This document shows, piece by piece, positions 1 to 12,130 of a DNA stretch of 48,581 nt. Position 1 is the first letter of the stretch; each line of letters opens with the position of its first letter. The notes beneath the pieces were generated by a model. It made no database searches. It was not told the origin of the DNA and was given only the letters and a program-made list of their open reading frames with translations. Source of the DNA: Guillardia theta CCMP2712 (lineage: Eukaryota; Protista; Cryptophyta); contig NW_005434548.1 of the NCBI RefSeq assembly GCF_000315625.1, forward strand, positions 1 through 48,581. Reading direction: 5' to 3'. A program made the position numbers and the translations under genes.

Positions 1-741
1 TCTCAGAGATCTGAAGGTCGTAGTAAGACTTCATGTTGCCCTCGTAGTTTCCGATTTGTTGCTATGAACCGTCAGGTGCGAGACAGAAGGGAAGAAGAAG
101 GGAAGAGAGGGGAGGGGAGGGGAGGGGAGGGGGGAAAAAGGAGGGGAGAGAGGAGAGGAGAGGCGACCGAAGGGGGAAGATAGAAGAGAGAAGAGGGGAG
201 GGAAGAGGAGGGGAAAGAGGAGAAAGGAGCAGAGCTGAAGGGAAGAGAGGGGAGGGGAGGGGAGGGGAGGGGAGGAGAGGGGACGAGAGAGGGAAGCAGA
301 GAAGACCAGGAGAGAGGAGAGGGAGTGAACGGGAAAGAGGAGGAAACGGGAGAAGGGCAAAAGTTGATCACTTGAGTTTCTCTGTGCTGTTGGTGTAGAG
401 CCTGCAGCTCCATCTCGAGAGCCTGCAGTCGGGAAGGAAAAAGAGAAGGTGAGCAGAAGCAATTGATGGCAGGGAAAGGAACGCAGGAGGAGCGAAGAAT
501 GACGAGGAAGAGGACGGGAGGAGAGCGGAAGTTGGAGCCGCAGAAGAAGGAGAAGATGAAATGGAGCAGCAGTAGTGGGACAGAAATGAGGAGGGCCAGA
601 AGTTCAACAACAAAACGAGCAACACCACCAGCACCAGCACCAGCAGCTCCAGCTCAGGGAGGACTAGGACTAGGACAAGGACAAGGAAGATATCAAGGAG
701 GAGGAGGAGGAGGAGGAGGAGGAGGAGGAGGAGGAGGAGGA

Positions 742-777
<36 letters not shown>

Positions 778-3700
778 AAAGTATCACCGAGCAGTAGGTC
801 TGGAGCACTTGGCTCTCATGATCTGACGCCTGTTCGACGTCAGCGTGTCAAAAATTGGAATCGACCGATGAAAAATCAGAAAGAACAGAAAGAAATCAAA
901 AAATCAACCAAAAGTGCAGTCAAATCGAGCAAACCATCACAAAAATCGAAAAAATTCAAGTAGAATTCGAATGCAATCTTGCCTGTTGCTGGTGCTCCAG
1001 GTCAAGGTTGACTTGACGGACTTTTGACTCGAGCTGGTCTAAGTCAACGCCCAGCACGGCAAAAGTCAAACTTTTGACACCTGCTGGATGACCCTCTTGC
1101 GGTCCAGCAGCTCAGCGTTGAGGGTGTCAAACTTCGATTTCTCCGCGGAGAGCTCGATCTGTTTGACAAGTTTGACAACGTCGCAACCTTGCCCGCAGCC
1201 CTACCTGACTCTCGTGGAGGGTCTGCTGGAGGTCGTGGCCTGATTTCTGCGGAACAAGACGGTGAGTCAGCCGGGTTGAGAGAACCTGAGAAACATAACA
1301 AGCTCGAGGCTAGAGGGGGTGAAGAAGAGGAAGGGAGAGCAAGGGAGAGAGAGGGAGAGCAAGGAAGAGGAGGGGGGTGGGGGAGAGGGAGGGAGAGGCA
1401 AGAAGGGGATCGGGAGGTGTCGCCAGCACAAGCTCCTCTCCGACGGGTCTCACCCTCGCGTTTGTGTCCTGTAGCATGATCTGAAGGTCCTGGACATTCC
1501 TCTTTGCAATCGAGAGCTGAAGGGCGAACATCAATCAGAGGAGACCTGCTGAATGCAACTTTCTTCTCTCCTCAACTTCATACGCTCCTCTCCACTTCTC
1601 TCTCCCTCTCCATCCCTTTCTCCACTTCCCCCCCTTGTCTCCTCGTTCCCTTGCTCCACCTGGAGAGCTTTCTGTTGTTGTTCCATCTTGAGGCTCTCGA
1701 GCTTGCAAACAACGTATCAAACAAGGTTGAAGGAGCAAAGAGATTTGACACCTGCTCGAACTTGCTGTCGAAATCTCGCTGCAAAGAGCTGCTCCCCATG
1801 ATCAACAGCAGCACAAGAAGGCAAATCAAGGGAGGGGGGGAAGAGAAGGGAGGAGCAGAAGCGGAGGATCAGGATCAGGATCAGGATCAGGATCAGGATC
1901 AGGATNNNNNNNNNNNNNNNNNNNNNNNNNNNNNNNNNNNNNNNNNNNNNNNNNNNNNNNNNNNNNNNNNNNNNNNNNNNNNNNNNNNNNNNNNNNNNNN
2001 NNNNNGATCAGGATCAGGATCCAGGATCAGGATCAGGATCAGGATCAGGATCAGGATCAGGATCAGGCTCAGGATCAGGATCAGGATCAGGATCAGGATC
2101 AGGATCAGGATCAGGATCAGGATCAGGATCAGGATCAGGATCAGGATCAGGATCAGGATCAGAAAAGAAGCAATGTGAACAGGCTGCGATGCAGCGAAGC
2201 AACAGAGTCTCCTTACTTCCTTTGCTCCTCAGCTTCTCGCACCTGCCAACCCACAGACACCCGACCAAGGAAGAAACGTCACGGCCACACTCGAGGAGGA
2301 GCATGCAGATGATGACGTCACCGATTCTCGCAGTTGCTCGGCCTTCCTCCTCTCGTCCTCCAGGATGCTCCTCAAGTCCGCGATCTTGCTCTGCGGTAAC
2401 GGAGCCCTTGAGTCCCCAGCGCCAGGTCAGCACGTGCCCAGTCTGCTCACCTTCTGCATCTCGAGCGACCTCGCATTGTGGGAGATGGCAGCTTCTAACT
2501 CACGCTCCTGGCACTCGATGAGACCGTGATGAGCTCGACGTGGAGAGTTTTCTCACCCTGTAGTCGCTCTCTGACTGAAGACTCGAAGGCTGACATGAAG
2601 GAATCAGCGCTTATTTCTTTCTTCTCGCCCCATCTCTTTCCCCTCTCCCATTTCCTTTCCTCCCTCTCCTCACACTTACCCCAACTACTCCCACATCATC
2701 CCTCGTTCTCCCCTCCTCAATTCTCTCCTAGACCATCGTCTCCTCTCCTCCTCGCCCCTTCATCTCCTCTCACCTCAGGAGCCTCCCGGAGCTGCTCGAG
2801 ATGCTGCTCGAGCTCTGCCACCTTGGCCGTTTGAAAACGGATGAACTCAGCCTGCAGTGCTCATGAGACGGCATCCTGCCCTGCAAACGACTTCACCTGC
2901 TTCTCCACCCTAGTGCGAAAGTCGCTGATCATGGTTTCCTTGGCGTGGATCTCGTTCTGTTTCAAGTCAAGTCAACGTAGGGGTTCGTCATGCGGAAATA
3001 AGGAGAGGAGAAGAAGGTGAGGAAGAGAAGGGGAAGGAAGAGAAGAGGGGGGTGGGGGAGGGGGAGAAAAGGAAGAGAAGGACGAGGAAGAGGGAGAGAG
3101 GGGAGAGAAAAACTAGGAGGAGGAGGAGCAGGAGGAGCAGGAGGAGCAGGAGGAGAAAGGGTTTAAGAGAGAAATCTTGCTTTGAGAACAAGCAAGAGAC
3201 GTGGGGGGATTGTGAATGTCGTACTTGGATATCACTCTGATTTCCTGATCGTATGCTTGCCAACTTGATTCAGATAACATGTCAGTGACTGGCCCTCTCA
3301 ACACCCTGACGGCTCGCCACCTTCGCCTCCAGATCTTTCTTCTCCGTTGATAACGCGTCAGCCTGAACATATTGAGTGTCAAGGATAGATACTTGAGTAA
3401 GGCATTGAATAACATAACAAAGAAGACAAACTGTGCACAACAAAGTTGCTCACCTTTCTCTCCAGATCTCTGACGACAGAGCGCAGTCCATCGAGGCGAT
3501 GAAAACCTTCATTGAAACATCGGTCAGCGTGTCGTGCACGGCACTGGGTAGGACTGACCATTCTCACTCCTCCCTTCCTCCAGCTGCGCCCGTCTGTTCG
3601 CCAGCTCGTCCTGTCCAACCGAGCAAATCAGCTCCTGCAAGCCTCGATCCATGAAGAGAGAGGCGAGAGGAGAGAAGAAATGAAACGAGGAGAGAAGAGA

Positions 3701-5350
3701 GCGCAGGAGGGAGGAGGAGGAGGGAGGAGCAAGGAGGAGCAAGGAGGAGCAAGGAGGAGCAAGGAAGAGGAGGGAATAAGATGAAGAAGGAAAGACGAAG
3801 AGCGAAGAAGAGGAAGGGAGAGGAAGAAAGTCCGGTCTCGCCTTGGACGCTCTCAGTTGGGCCTCGAGCTTTCGGCATCTGCAGGGCGTCAAGACTAGTT
3901 GGCATGCTAGGGATGGTCGAGTACCTTGCATCGGTCTCATCTGTTTTCGATCGAACCCCTTCCTACCAGGAAGAAGTCACTGCCATCGGTTTGAAGTGAA
4001 GCCCGGACAGTTCGGGGTCCGAGGAGTGATCGTGGTAGGGGGACAGCAGCAGCAGCAGCGAAAAGAGAAGCAGGAGGAGGAGGAGGAGGAGGAGGAGAAA
4101 AGTGAGGAGGGAGAACGAGAACGAGAACGAGAACGAGAACGAGAACGAGAACGAGAACGAGAACGAGAACGAGAACGAGAACGAGAACGAGAACGAGAAC
4201 GAGGAGACATGTAACATGAGGAGCAAACGGGTGAGCGTCCAACATGAGAACGGGAGTCATACCCTGAATAGAATGAACTTTTCTCTGAACGCCTCATGGT
4301 TTCGCTGAAGCTCGAGTAGCTCCTCATTCCTGACGCGGGGCAATCGAGATTGAGGACGAGGAGCCAAGAATCAGAACATTTCAAAGAGAGGAAGCGCGAT
4401 CGCACAGCATATACCTCCTCCTGATCTCTAACGTCTGCCGGTCGACGACGCCTTCGGTCGCCGTCAGTACAGGTCGTCACCTATCCACCATGCTCACCCT
4501 GCAGCTCGTCTGCCTGCGCTTTCAGCCTCTCCTTGTCCATATCGAGCCCAGGTATCTTGAGGCAGACTTATCAGCACACGGTCGCAGCATGCGGCTGAGA
4601 ACGTCAACCTGATTCGAAGGCGGTTGATGCAAGCGAAGATCGGAGCTGCAGGGCCAAAGCAAGACAGAAACATCAGAGTGTCTTACGTGATGAGGAAGAG
4701 AGGTCAACAGAGGTCAACAGAGGTCAAGAGAGGTCAAGAGAGGTCAAGAGAGGTCAAGAGAGATGGATAGACATAGAGAAAAGTTCCAACGTTGTTGAGC
4801 GCATGTCAGGGAAACTTGTCATGGATGGTCTCCTGAGGGAAAGTCTCACTCTCCCTCGCCCTCTATTCTCCTCCACGCTTCTCACCCTTGCTGCCATCGA
4901 TCCTGCTGCTGGCTCTGCGCAGAGTTCTGCTACAACTCTGTCACTCACTAGCAAACAACACCCTATCCCTACTTGCTGCTGAAGCTCCTCATACATCTGA
5001 TCAAGACACAGTCACCCTCTTGTCGCTGGCGCAAGGGAACAGCACAGCACTCACCGCCCTCTGTACGTCCAGCTGGCTCACTCGATGCACTTGAGGCTGA
5101 GAGTTGAACGACATGGGGTTCGAACTTGAAGGCATGGGAGCTCCTCGCTGCCACCTCCTTTCAGTGCTCATCTCAATCCCTCACGGCAGCGTACCCCAGT
5201 TTGCTGCAGGTAGGATGGCTGGTAAGGGTTCCCTTGAAAGGAATTGACGCCGTTGTACCCCTTTGTGTGTCGCGTCAGTCTACGGCAACATGGCATTGCA
5301 TGCACTACCGGCATCGGCATCTGAGGGGCAGGACTGGTGAAAGAGTACAT
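1..5350 (-). CDS. Multi-exon coiled-coil protein of unknown function, 3' end runs off the window
   Basis: Likely start MYSFTSPAPQMPMP at 5350. A chain of small GT-AG exons gives heptad-rich peptides: IPGLDMDKERLKAQADELQ, NEELLELQRNHEAFREKF, ADALSTEKKDLEAKV, NEIHAKETMISDFRTRVEKQ, SKIADLRSILEDERRKAEQLRES, LQLSIAKRNVQDLQIMLQDTNAR, IELSAEKSKFDTLNAELLDRKRVIQQ, ALEMELQALHQQHRETQ, QIGNYEGNMKSYYDLQISE. No family recognised. Confidence 0.6.
1866..2163. repeat. (GGATCA)n intronic microsatellite interrupted by an assembly gap
   Basis: Near-perfect GGATCA hexamers on both sides of the N run. Confidence 0.95.
1906..2005. other. Assembly gap (100 N)
   Basis: Run of N characters. Confidence 0.99.
4113..4203. 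repeat. (GAACGA)n intronic microsatellite
   Basis: About 15 tandem GAACGA units. Confidence 0.95.
4699..4760. repeat. 10-bp tandem repeat AGAGGTCAA(C/G), about 6 copies, intronic
   Basis: agaggtcaac and agaggtcaag units in tandem. Confidence 0.9.
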
Positions 5351-6321
5351 GCTCTTGTAAAAACGTCAGTCGTAATCTCGGCATGTGAGCAATATGCCCC
5401 CTCCCCTTTTCCCCCCTCTCCTCCTCTCCTCCTCTCCTCCTCTCCTTTTCTCCTCCTCTCCTCCTGCCAGCAACCATCCTTTGACTCCCTCCAACCTGGA
5501 CCTCCATATGACCGTCTCACCGGCTACCCACCCTTCATGCGCTTCTGTATCCCTGATCAACCAGGGACGGCTTTCCCCCTGCCTCACCTCGCTCTCCTCT
5601 ATATCAAGACTCCTCCTCTCTCATCCCCTCCCTCCCTCCTCTCATATCTTCCTTCCATTCCTCATCCTCCCCCTCCCGTCTCTTCCCCTCCCCTCCCCTC
5701 CCTCCCTCCCTCCCTCCCTCCTATCCGCGTCACTCCACTGCCATTTCCGTTACGTCTGAGGGGCGTAAATAACGAACTAAAAGTAGCCCTCATCCCCCTC
5801 CGTAAAATTGTAAAAACAATTTTTTGCGGGGGTATTGCGGCGAAATTTCGCAGGGATGGCAGGGGAGGAGGGAGGGAGGGGAGGGAGGGAGGAGAAGGCA
5901 GGGGCAGAGGGAGGGAGGAGAAGGCAGGAGGAGGATGCAGAAAGGTAGACAGAGGGTATGTAGAAGGAGCAGGAAGGCAAATATTGGTTCACAGGGTGAA
6001 AGATGTGTTGGTTTGTTTGTTGGCAATCAACCTAAAGGATGGGGGGAAAGGGGGTGGAGGAGGGATGCGGTAGAAATGCAGACATTGGCGTGATACATTC
6101 GCGGTTTCAATGCGATAGAAACGAGGATGAGATGTGCAGCAGACGTGACACTGTGTTGGTCGCGGTCGACAGCAAAGGTTTGTGAATCGCACGTGAGAAA
6201 CAAGAAAGCTGAGGGAGGTCAAGGAGAGAATGTGCAGAACTCGTTGAGAGGATGAGGAATGGAGCGGGGGTGATAGATAACTGAGCTTGCCGTGCTTGAC
6301 TTCGTCCATCGTAGGGGAGAG

Positions 6322-6667
6322 ATGAGCTCTTCGTGGGCGGAGCTGTTTGATCAGATGTGCAACATCAGCGAAAGGTCAGCCGGTTCGTCGATGGAGGGAG
6401 AGCAGGCGAAGAATGAGAAGGATGCGTACTACGAAGAGGTCTTCCTCTCTTGCTGTGCATGCGCATTGTTGTTGATGGAAAGTTCAAAGATGTTGAGGCA
6501 AGCCAGGATGCATGCGTCGGAACAAACTTACGACGGGACGTTGAAAGCCCTGGCCATGGTGAGGAGGAGGAGGAAAGAGGCAGGTGGTGGTCAGAAGCAG
6601 GAGGGGGCTGGAAGGTGCAGGAGGGGGCTGGAGGAGGAGCGAGAAGCAGGGTGGGGAGACGGGGAGA

Positions 6668-6724
<57 letters not shown>

Positions 6725-7643
6725 CGTGAGAGTTTGATCGGCAGGTGGTCCTGATGTTTCTCAGGTCACTGACGTGATCAGAGAACGAGGGGGGGGTGAG
6801 AAGGCTGTGCTAGAGGCTCTCAAGAATGCTCGTGAGAACCATCAGCGGGTTGTAGCCTCGTCTGCTCGCCCTGGCCCCGAATGGTTCCTCCTGCAGCCTG
6901 TGGGGACTGAGAGTGAGCTGGGGACTGAGCAGTCTCTCCTTGCAGACAGCGGGAGGGAGCGGGTAAGGAGCTTTCTCCCCGGCATACGAGCATGTGAAAC
7001 ATTGACGGCTGGTTCTTCAGATCATCATGGACGCGGCGGAGGACGGGAGCAGCGTGCTGTGCCGGGCGTGCGGGGCGCTGGTGAATGCGAGTAGGATGAT
7101 GGCACATCAGCAGGTGCTGGATGTGTTAGTGTGGGTGCTGGTGTTGTTGAGATGATTCCGACTGTGCGGTCTCATGAGTTGTGCGATGCTTCAACGCGTT
7201 GTGTCAACGTGTTGTTTCAACGTGTTGTTTCAACGTGTTGTTTCAACGTGTTGTTTCAACGTGTTGTTTTGTTTCAATGTGTTGTTTCAATGTGTTGTTT
7301 CAATGTGTTGTGTCAACGTGTTGTTTCGACGCGTTGTTTCAATGTGTTGTTCAACGTTTTGTTTCAATGTGTTGTTTCAACGTGTTGCCTTGCCCCAGCA
7401 CTGCCTCCTCTGACAGTGTTGTTAAAGTTCTGGTGCAACGCACTTGCAAGCGAGGATGCGGAGATGGAGGTCGACAGCAGCGAAGTCCCGCCGCAGCTGC
7501 TCTCAACTCCCAACGTGCAACCGAGCAGGTCAGGACGGCATCCGTTCATGCTCCTGCCTCGTCCGCTGAAGCCTTTCAGCAGCAGTCTGTTCGAGGAGGT
7601 CCGACTGAGACCTGGGCCGATAAAGTTCATGTACGAGATATGA
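6322..7643 (+). CDS. Small multi-exon protein with a C2HC zinc-finger-like motif
   Basis: ATG at 6322 (MSSSWAELFDQMC...). Exons KMLRQARMHASEQTYDGTLKALAM, VTDVIRERGGGEKAVLEALKNARENHQR, PVGTESELG..., IIMDAAEDGSSVLCRACGALVNASRMMAHQQ | FWCNALASED...FMYEI*. Splicing out 7112-7427 yields C-x2-C-x11-H-x4-C. Confidence 0.6.
6669..6724. repeat. (GCAGGA)n intronic microsatellite
   Basis: Tandem GCAGGA units. Confidence 0.9.
7190..7387. repeat. 13-bp minisatellite (CAACGTGTTGTTT, variant CAATGTGTTGTTT), intronic
   Basis: Period-13 repeat, about 14-15 partly degenerate copies. Confidence 0.9.
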
Positions 7644-7855
7644 CCGGGAGGGAGGAGTTTGCCATGGTGTCTTGTTGAGCTCTTGCTCAGCGGAGATACC
7701 TCGATAGTTCGATCTTGTTATTTCTCCCTCCCTCTCTCCTCCTCCCTCCTCTAGTCTTGCTGTGCTGCTGCCGGTCCCTTGCCCCTTGCTCCTTGCTCCG
7801 CCTGTACCAACTCATCCTCTTCCTCGTGCGATAGACAGCAGCTTTCCTGCTTGCA

Positions 7856-8865
7856 TCACTGAGATGACGGGGAGGACGACTTCACTCGCTCCAGCAGACT
7901 CTGGAGGGTCTGGTAGCCCTGCTCTGAAATCAGGAGAGACAAGTAGCGGAATGAAAGCCAAACCCCCACTGTTTCATACATCCCCTTCATCCCATCCTTT
8001 CACTTCGCCTTTCCCCGCACACCTTCCACAATTCCATCCCCTTCCCTACCTCTTCTCTGCCCACCTCTCCCCTTCTCCTCCCCCTTTCTCCTCTCCCCTT
8101 CCCTTCGTCTTCCTCCTCTTCCCCCTCCCCCCCTGCTCTTCCCTCCACTTCTTTCTTCCCCCTCCTCCTCCCTCCTGTTCTTCTCTCGTCTCGTCCCCTC
8201 TCGTGTCCTTACCTCGTGCCCCTCGAACGCATCCTTGGACTTAACGAGGGCGGAGCTGAGAGCTGAACGAGCTGAGAAGAGTTTCTGCGAGCTTCCTTCC
8301 CTGGGCGAGGTAGACAAGTTAGCAGGAGGAGAAAGTTGAAGAGATGGTGAAGGTCGACAAGGAGACCTTGGGAGGGAGGGGGAAGAAGAACAGAAGAGTG
8401 AGGGAGGGAGAGGGGAGGAGGAGGGGGAGAGCTGCAGAGGAGGAGGTGAGGGAGGAGGACAGAGTGCGGAGGGAAGAGGGAGGAGGGTGAAGGGTGGAGA
8501 AGCGAAGAGAAGGGAGGGAGGGAGGGAGGAAGTACCTCAGGTAAGCGTCTGTCAGGCGCGACAGCACGTCCACGACTTGCTCGAACTTGTTGGCATCTGA
8601 CTGCCATCCAGCTGACTGACTCGCCCTGAGAGCCTGGGGAGGGAGAAATCAGATAGAAGAGAGGAGAAGGGAAGAGGAAGGAATGGGAGAGCTCGCACGA
8701 TAATGCAGAAGCGAGATGGGGTGAGAAAACTTGAAGATATCAGGTGAAAGGAACTTGTGTTGGGGTGGGAAGATCCTATTCTGCTCCTGCTCCTCCTCTT
8801 GCTCCTGCTCCATCCTCTATCCTCCTGCTCCTGCTCCTGCTCCTGCCTCTGATCCTGATCCTGAT

Positions 8866-8897
<32 letters not shown>

Positions 8898-8911
8898 CTC
8901 TGCTCCTGCCT

Positions 8912-8981
<70 letters not shown>

Positions 8982-11404
8982 CTCTGCTCCCGCTCCTGCT
9001 CCTCCTGCTTCTGAATCAGCTGCTCTTGCTGACCTTGCTGTGGCAGTCGAGCTCATGCGCAAGATTTCCTTCTTCCTTGAGCCACTCGGCGTAGATCTGA
9101 ACGAAATTGAGAGAAGTGAAGAGGAGAGGAAAGAGCGGAAGGAAGGGGGAGAAGCGGGGGGGGTTGCAAGAGAGCAGGGAGAATGAGAGAGGAGAGAGGA
9201 GAGAGGAGGAGAGAGGAGGGAGAGGAGGGGAGAGGTGGGGAGAGAGGAGGAAAGCTGCAGACCAGCCAGTAGCGATGATTGTCTGTAATGCCTCCAAGAG
9301 TGCTGCAGGTCTAAAGGAAGATTTAGAAGGATGCGGGAAATAAAGGACAGGAGCTCGAGCACGAGCACGAGCACAAGCAGCAGGAAAAATAAAGTTGAAG
9401 GAGTAAGGAAGGGAGAAGGGGCGAAGAGGGAGGAGGAGGGAGGAGGAAGGAGGAGGAGGGAGGAGGAGGGAGGTGAAGGGAACGGAGGATGGAGGAACCT
9501 TGAGTAGCTTCTCGACCCCCATCACGAAGCTTGTATTCTTCTCCTCCTCCTCTTGTTTCTTGCCGATGGCACATCTAACAAGCACCTCGAGGATCTGCCA
9601 ATTACCCTCAACACCAGCACCAGCACCAGCACCAGCACCAGCACCAGCACCAGCATTAGGAGGAGGAGCTTGGGAGGAGGAGCATTGGGAGGAGGAGGAG
9701 GAGAGTCAGACCTCGATGTCAACTTCTTTTTCCTTGAGTGACAACAACTCTACAGTAGCGTTGAGGACAAGCTGCCACCTCTTGAGACGAATGGCTGCTG
9801 TACGGTAGTTCTCCCAGATCTAAAGTAAGAGATCAGGGGGAGAGCAAAGTGAGGTCGTCATCATCATCATCACCACCACCACCACCACCACCACCATCAC
9901 CACCATCACCACCACCACCACCACCACCATCACCATCACCATCACCATCACCACCACCATCATCAGCACCATCATCATAACCACCACCACCACCACCACC
10001 ACCACCACCACCACCACCACCACCACCACCACCACCACCACCACCATCATCATCACCACCACCATCACAATCACAATCACAATCACCATCACCATCACCA
10101 TCACCATCACCATCATTATCACATCTATCTTCATAATGACACCTGGACAGCTCCCCAGCGCATCTTCGGCATCCTTCCACAGTTCGAATAACCTCTCATG
10201 CAGAGTAGAGCTCCTTCCCTGATCTTAAAATCTCAAACTTGTCGAGCAGAGCAGAACATGAGAGATCTGACATGGAGGAGACGCTGCTGAATCCCAACCG
10301 CTCTCGCCGACCACCATGGCAGGGACAAGGGACGGACTCTCGACTCTGACATCACGTCGAACAACAGGGTGATCGCGGCTCGAAGGTAGATGGGCTTCTC
10401 CGCTCCATCGTAGAACATTTCACTGCCGGGATGTGTTAGCAATTCAAGGGGAAGTCTTCAACGCTCATCATCGTCATCGTCATCTCCATCATCATCATCA
10501 TCTCCATCATCATCTCCATCATCCTCAGAAGCAGCATCAGCATCTCACTCGCAATCAGCCTTCTTATGAGTGACAAAACGATCTAAATGCAAACTATTTC
10601 CAGGATTGCATTATCAACTTCCAAACACAACGCCAAGACAACAACAACAGCTTCGCTAAGCAACCAACAAGCTACAAACCTGTCTTGCTCCAGCGCATGC
10701 TGGCTCGCCGCGTTCAACTTCGCCGCCGTCTCGCTCGAGCTCTCTACCTCGGCATGGCAGGGAAGGGGAGAGAAATGAATCTTCATGGGAGGGCCAGTCC
10801 AGTTGCTTGCAACAAACACGTTCAAGAATATCGCTCCCATCCACATGACAGCCAAAGCACGCGACTGCACGTCCTCTCCTCCTCCTCCTCCTCCTCCTCC
10901 TCCTCCTCCTCTCACAAACTCCTGCATCCGCTCCTTCAAGTCCGCAAAATCCCTCGACTCGCACTCCTCTGCGCTCTCCTCCTTGAACTCGTACGCCCCT
11001 TCAAAGGAGCAGGTCCGCTTCAGAAATTCCCTGGGCAAGTCAGGTCACGACAGAGGACACAGCCGCTGCTTCACCTGGCAAGGAGCAATCCTCGAGCAAT
11101 CACGCCATCCTTCAGCGATTGGCACAGCAGCAGGGCCGCCTCTGCCATGTCCTCAGCCTTGTCGAGCTGCAAGCCTGCGAACTTTGACAGCACTCGCTCT
11201 TCCTCTGCGCGCTCGGACGCCTCCCGCTCCTGCACGAGATTCTTGATCCTCCTCGCGTACTCAGCAGCTGTCTCCCGTCCTTGCACTTTGACAGCAGACA
11301 GTCAGGCGTGGGCCACTCACCTCCTCCCCCTTACCTTGGTTGATCCGCTCGCCATCGTTGCCTGAGATCGCTTGTAGCTCGTCGAAGACGCTCGGTTGAG
11401 GCAT
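7856..11404 (-). CDS. TTC27: TTC27/Emw1-like tetratricopeptide repeat protein, central exons apparently missing
   Basis: ATG at 11404 (MPQPSVFDELQ). Family-like motifs FVASNWTGPP, LPWWSARAVGIQQRLLH|GRSSTLHERL, IWENYRTAAIRLKRWQLVLNATVELLSLKEKEVDIE, ALRASQSAGWQSD, LFSARSALSSAL. Last exon GYQTLQSLLERVKSSSPSSQ* stops at 7856. Confidence 0.7.
8822..9008. repeat. (CTCCTG)n intronic microsatellite
   Basis: Tandem CTCCTG with CTCTG and ATCCTG variants. Confidence 0.9.
9858..10118. repeat. (CAC/CAT)n compound trinucleotide microsatellite filling an intron
   Basis: Continuous CAC, CAT and CACAAT units. Confidence 0.95.
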
Positions 11405-11724
11405 CCTGCCGAGCAACTTTCAACAAGAGACACGAATGTACTCGTCTCCTCTCTTTCGGCAATGAGAAGAACGCAACGCATCCCCAAGTGCTTCAGTTCC
11501 CTGGTTCTTGCTGCTGCTCATCGGATCAGAGCCCTAAGCTGATCGCAGCATGCATCTCCACTCCTCTTCTCCCTCCTTCCTAGAACTTTCTGAGCTAGCT
11601 TGGACAGCTACTGTTAGCAGCACGGTCTAACCTCATACTATGCCATGCCATGCCATGCCATGCCATGCCCTTGCTTGCTTCGCCCCCTTCCCTCTTCACG
11701 TGCCATGGCGAACATTCTGCAAGA

Positions 11725-12130
11725 TTTGCATGGGCCCCCCTCAGGTCCGGCCGGGCCCGGGCTGCAACCGGCGGAACTGAAAAAGCGCCGGGCCGGGACT
11801 GGAAGTATCCTGAAGGATACATGTGATCCTCTTCATTTCTCGTACCTCAAGGTGACCCCCGTTCCTGGGCGATTCCAGACCCCACCGTGTTCGTGGACTG
11901 AAAAGTACCCCCCCTTTTCCCCGCCCCGTAGTGTGGTATTGCAGGAAATGATAACCCTACCCTCAAATTTCAAGATCTTTCTGAGCACCTACGTATCCTG
12001 TAACATTTTATTATTGAAGTCATAGGTAAAAATGGTCATGCGATCATAGACTACCACCCCTTCATTCCACTACCCCACATTAATGGGACCCACCCGTCCA
12101 CTTCCACCCACCTTTCTGCCTTGACACCAC
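11725..12130 (+). promoter_or_regulatory. Putative upstream region between divergent TTC27 and Sin3: CCGG-rich block followed by TACCCC-motif block
   Basis: ggtccggccgggcccggg at 11744-11761 and several TACC(C/A)C words at 11905-12078. The same order recurs elsewhere in the window. Function is inferred. Confidence 0.4.

Noticed and set aside
31-4480. Numerous ORF-track proteins with poly-L, RI, DP, ER or RS runs
   Set aside because: They are translations of intronic microsatellites and purine/pyrimidine tracts; one spans the N gap.
4699-4760. AGGTCA direct repeats spaced by 4 (nuclear-receptor DR4-like)
   Set aside because: By-product of a 10-bp intronic tandem repeat; nothing indicates a metazoan genome.
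7131-7678. Cys-rich repeat ORFs (CCFNVLFQRVVST)
   Set aside because: Three-frame read-through of the 13-bp intronic minisatellite. Only the part from FWCNAL onward looks like an exon.
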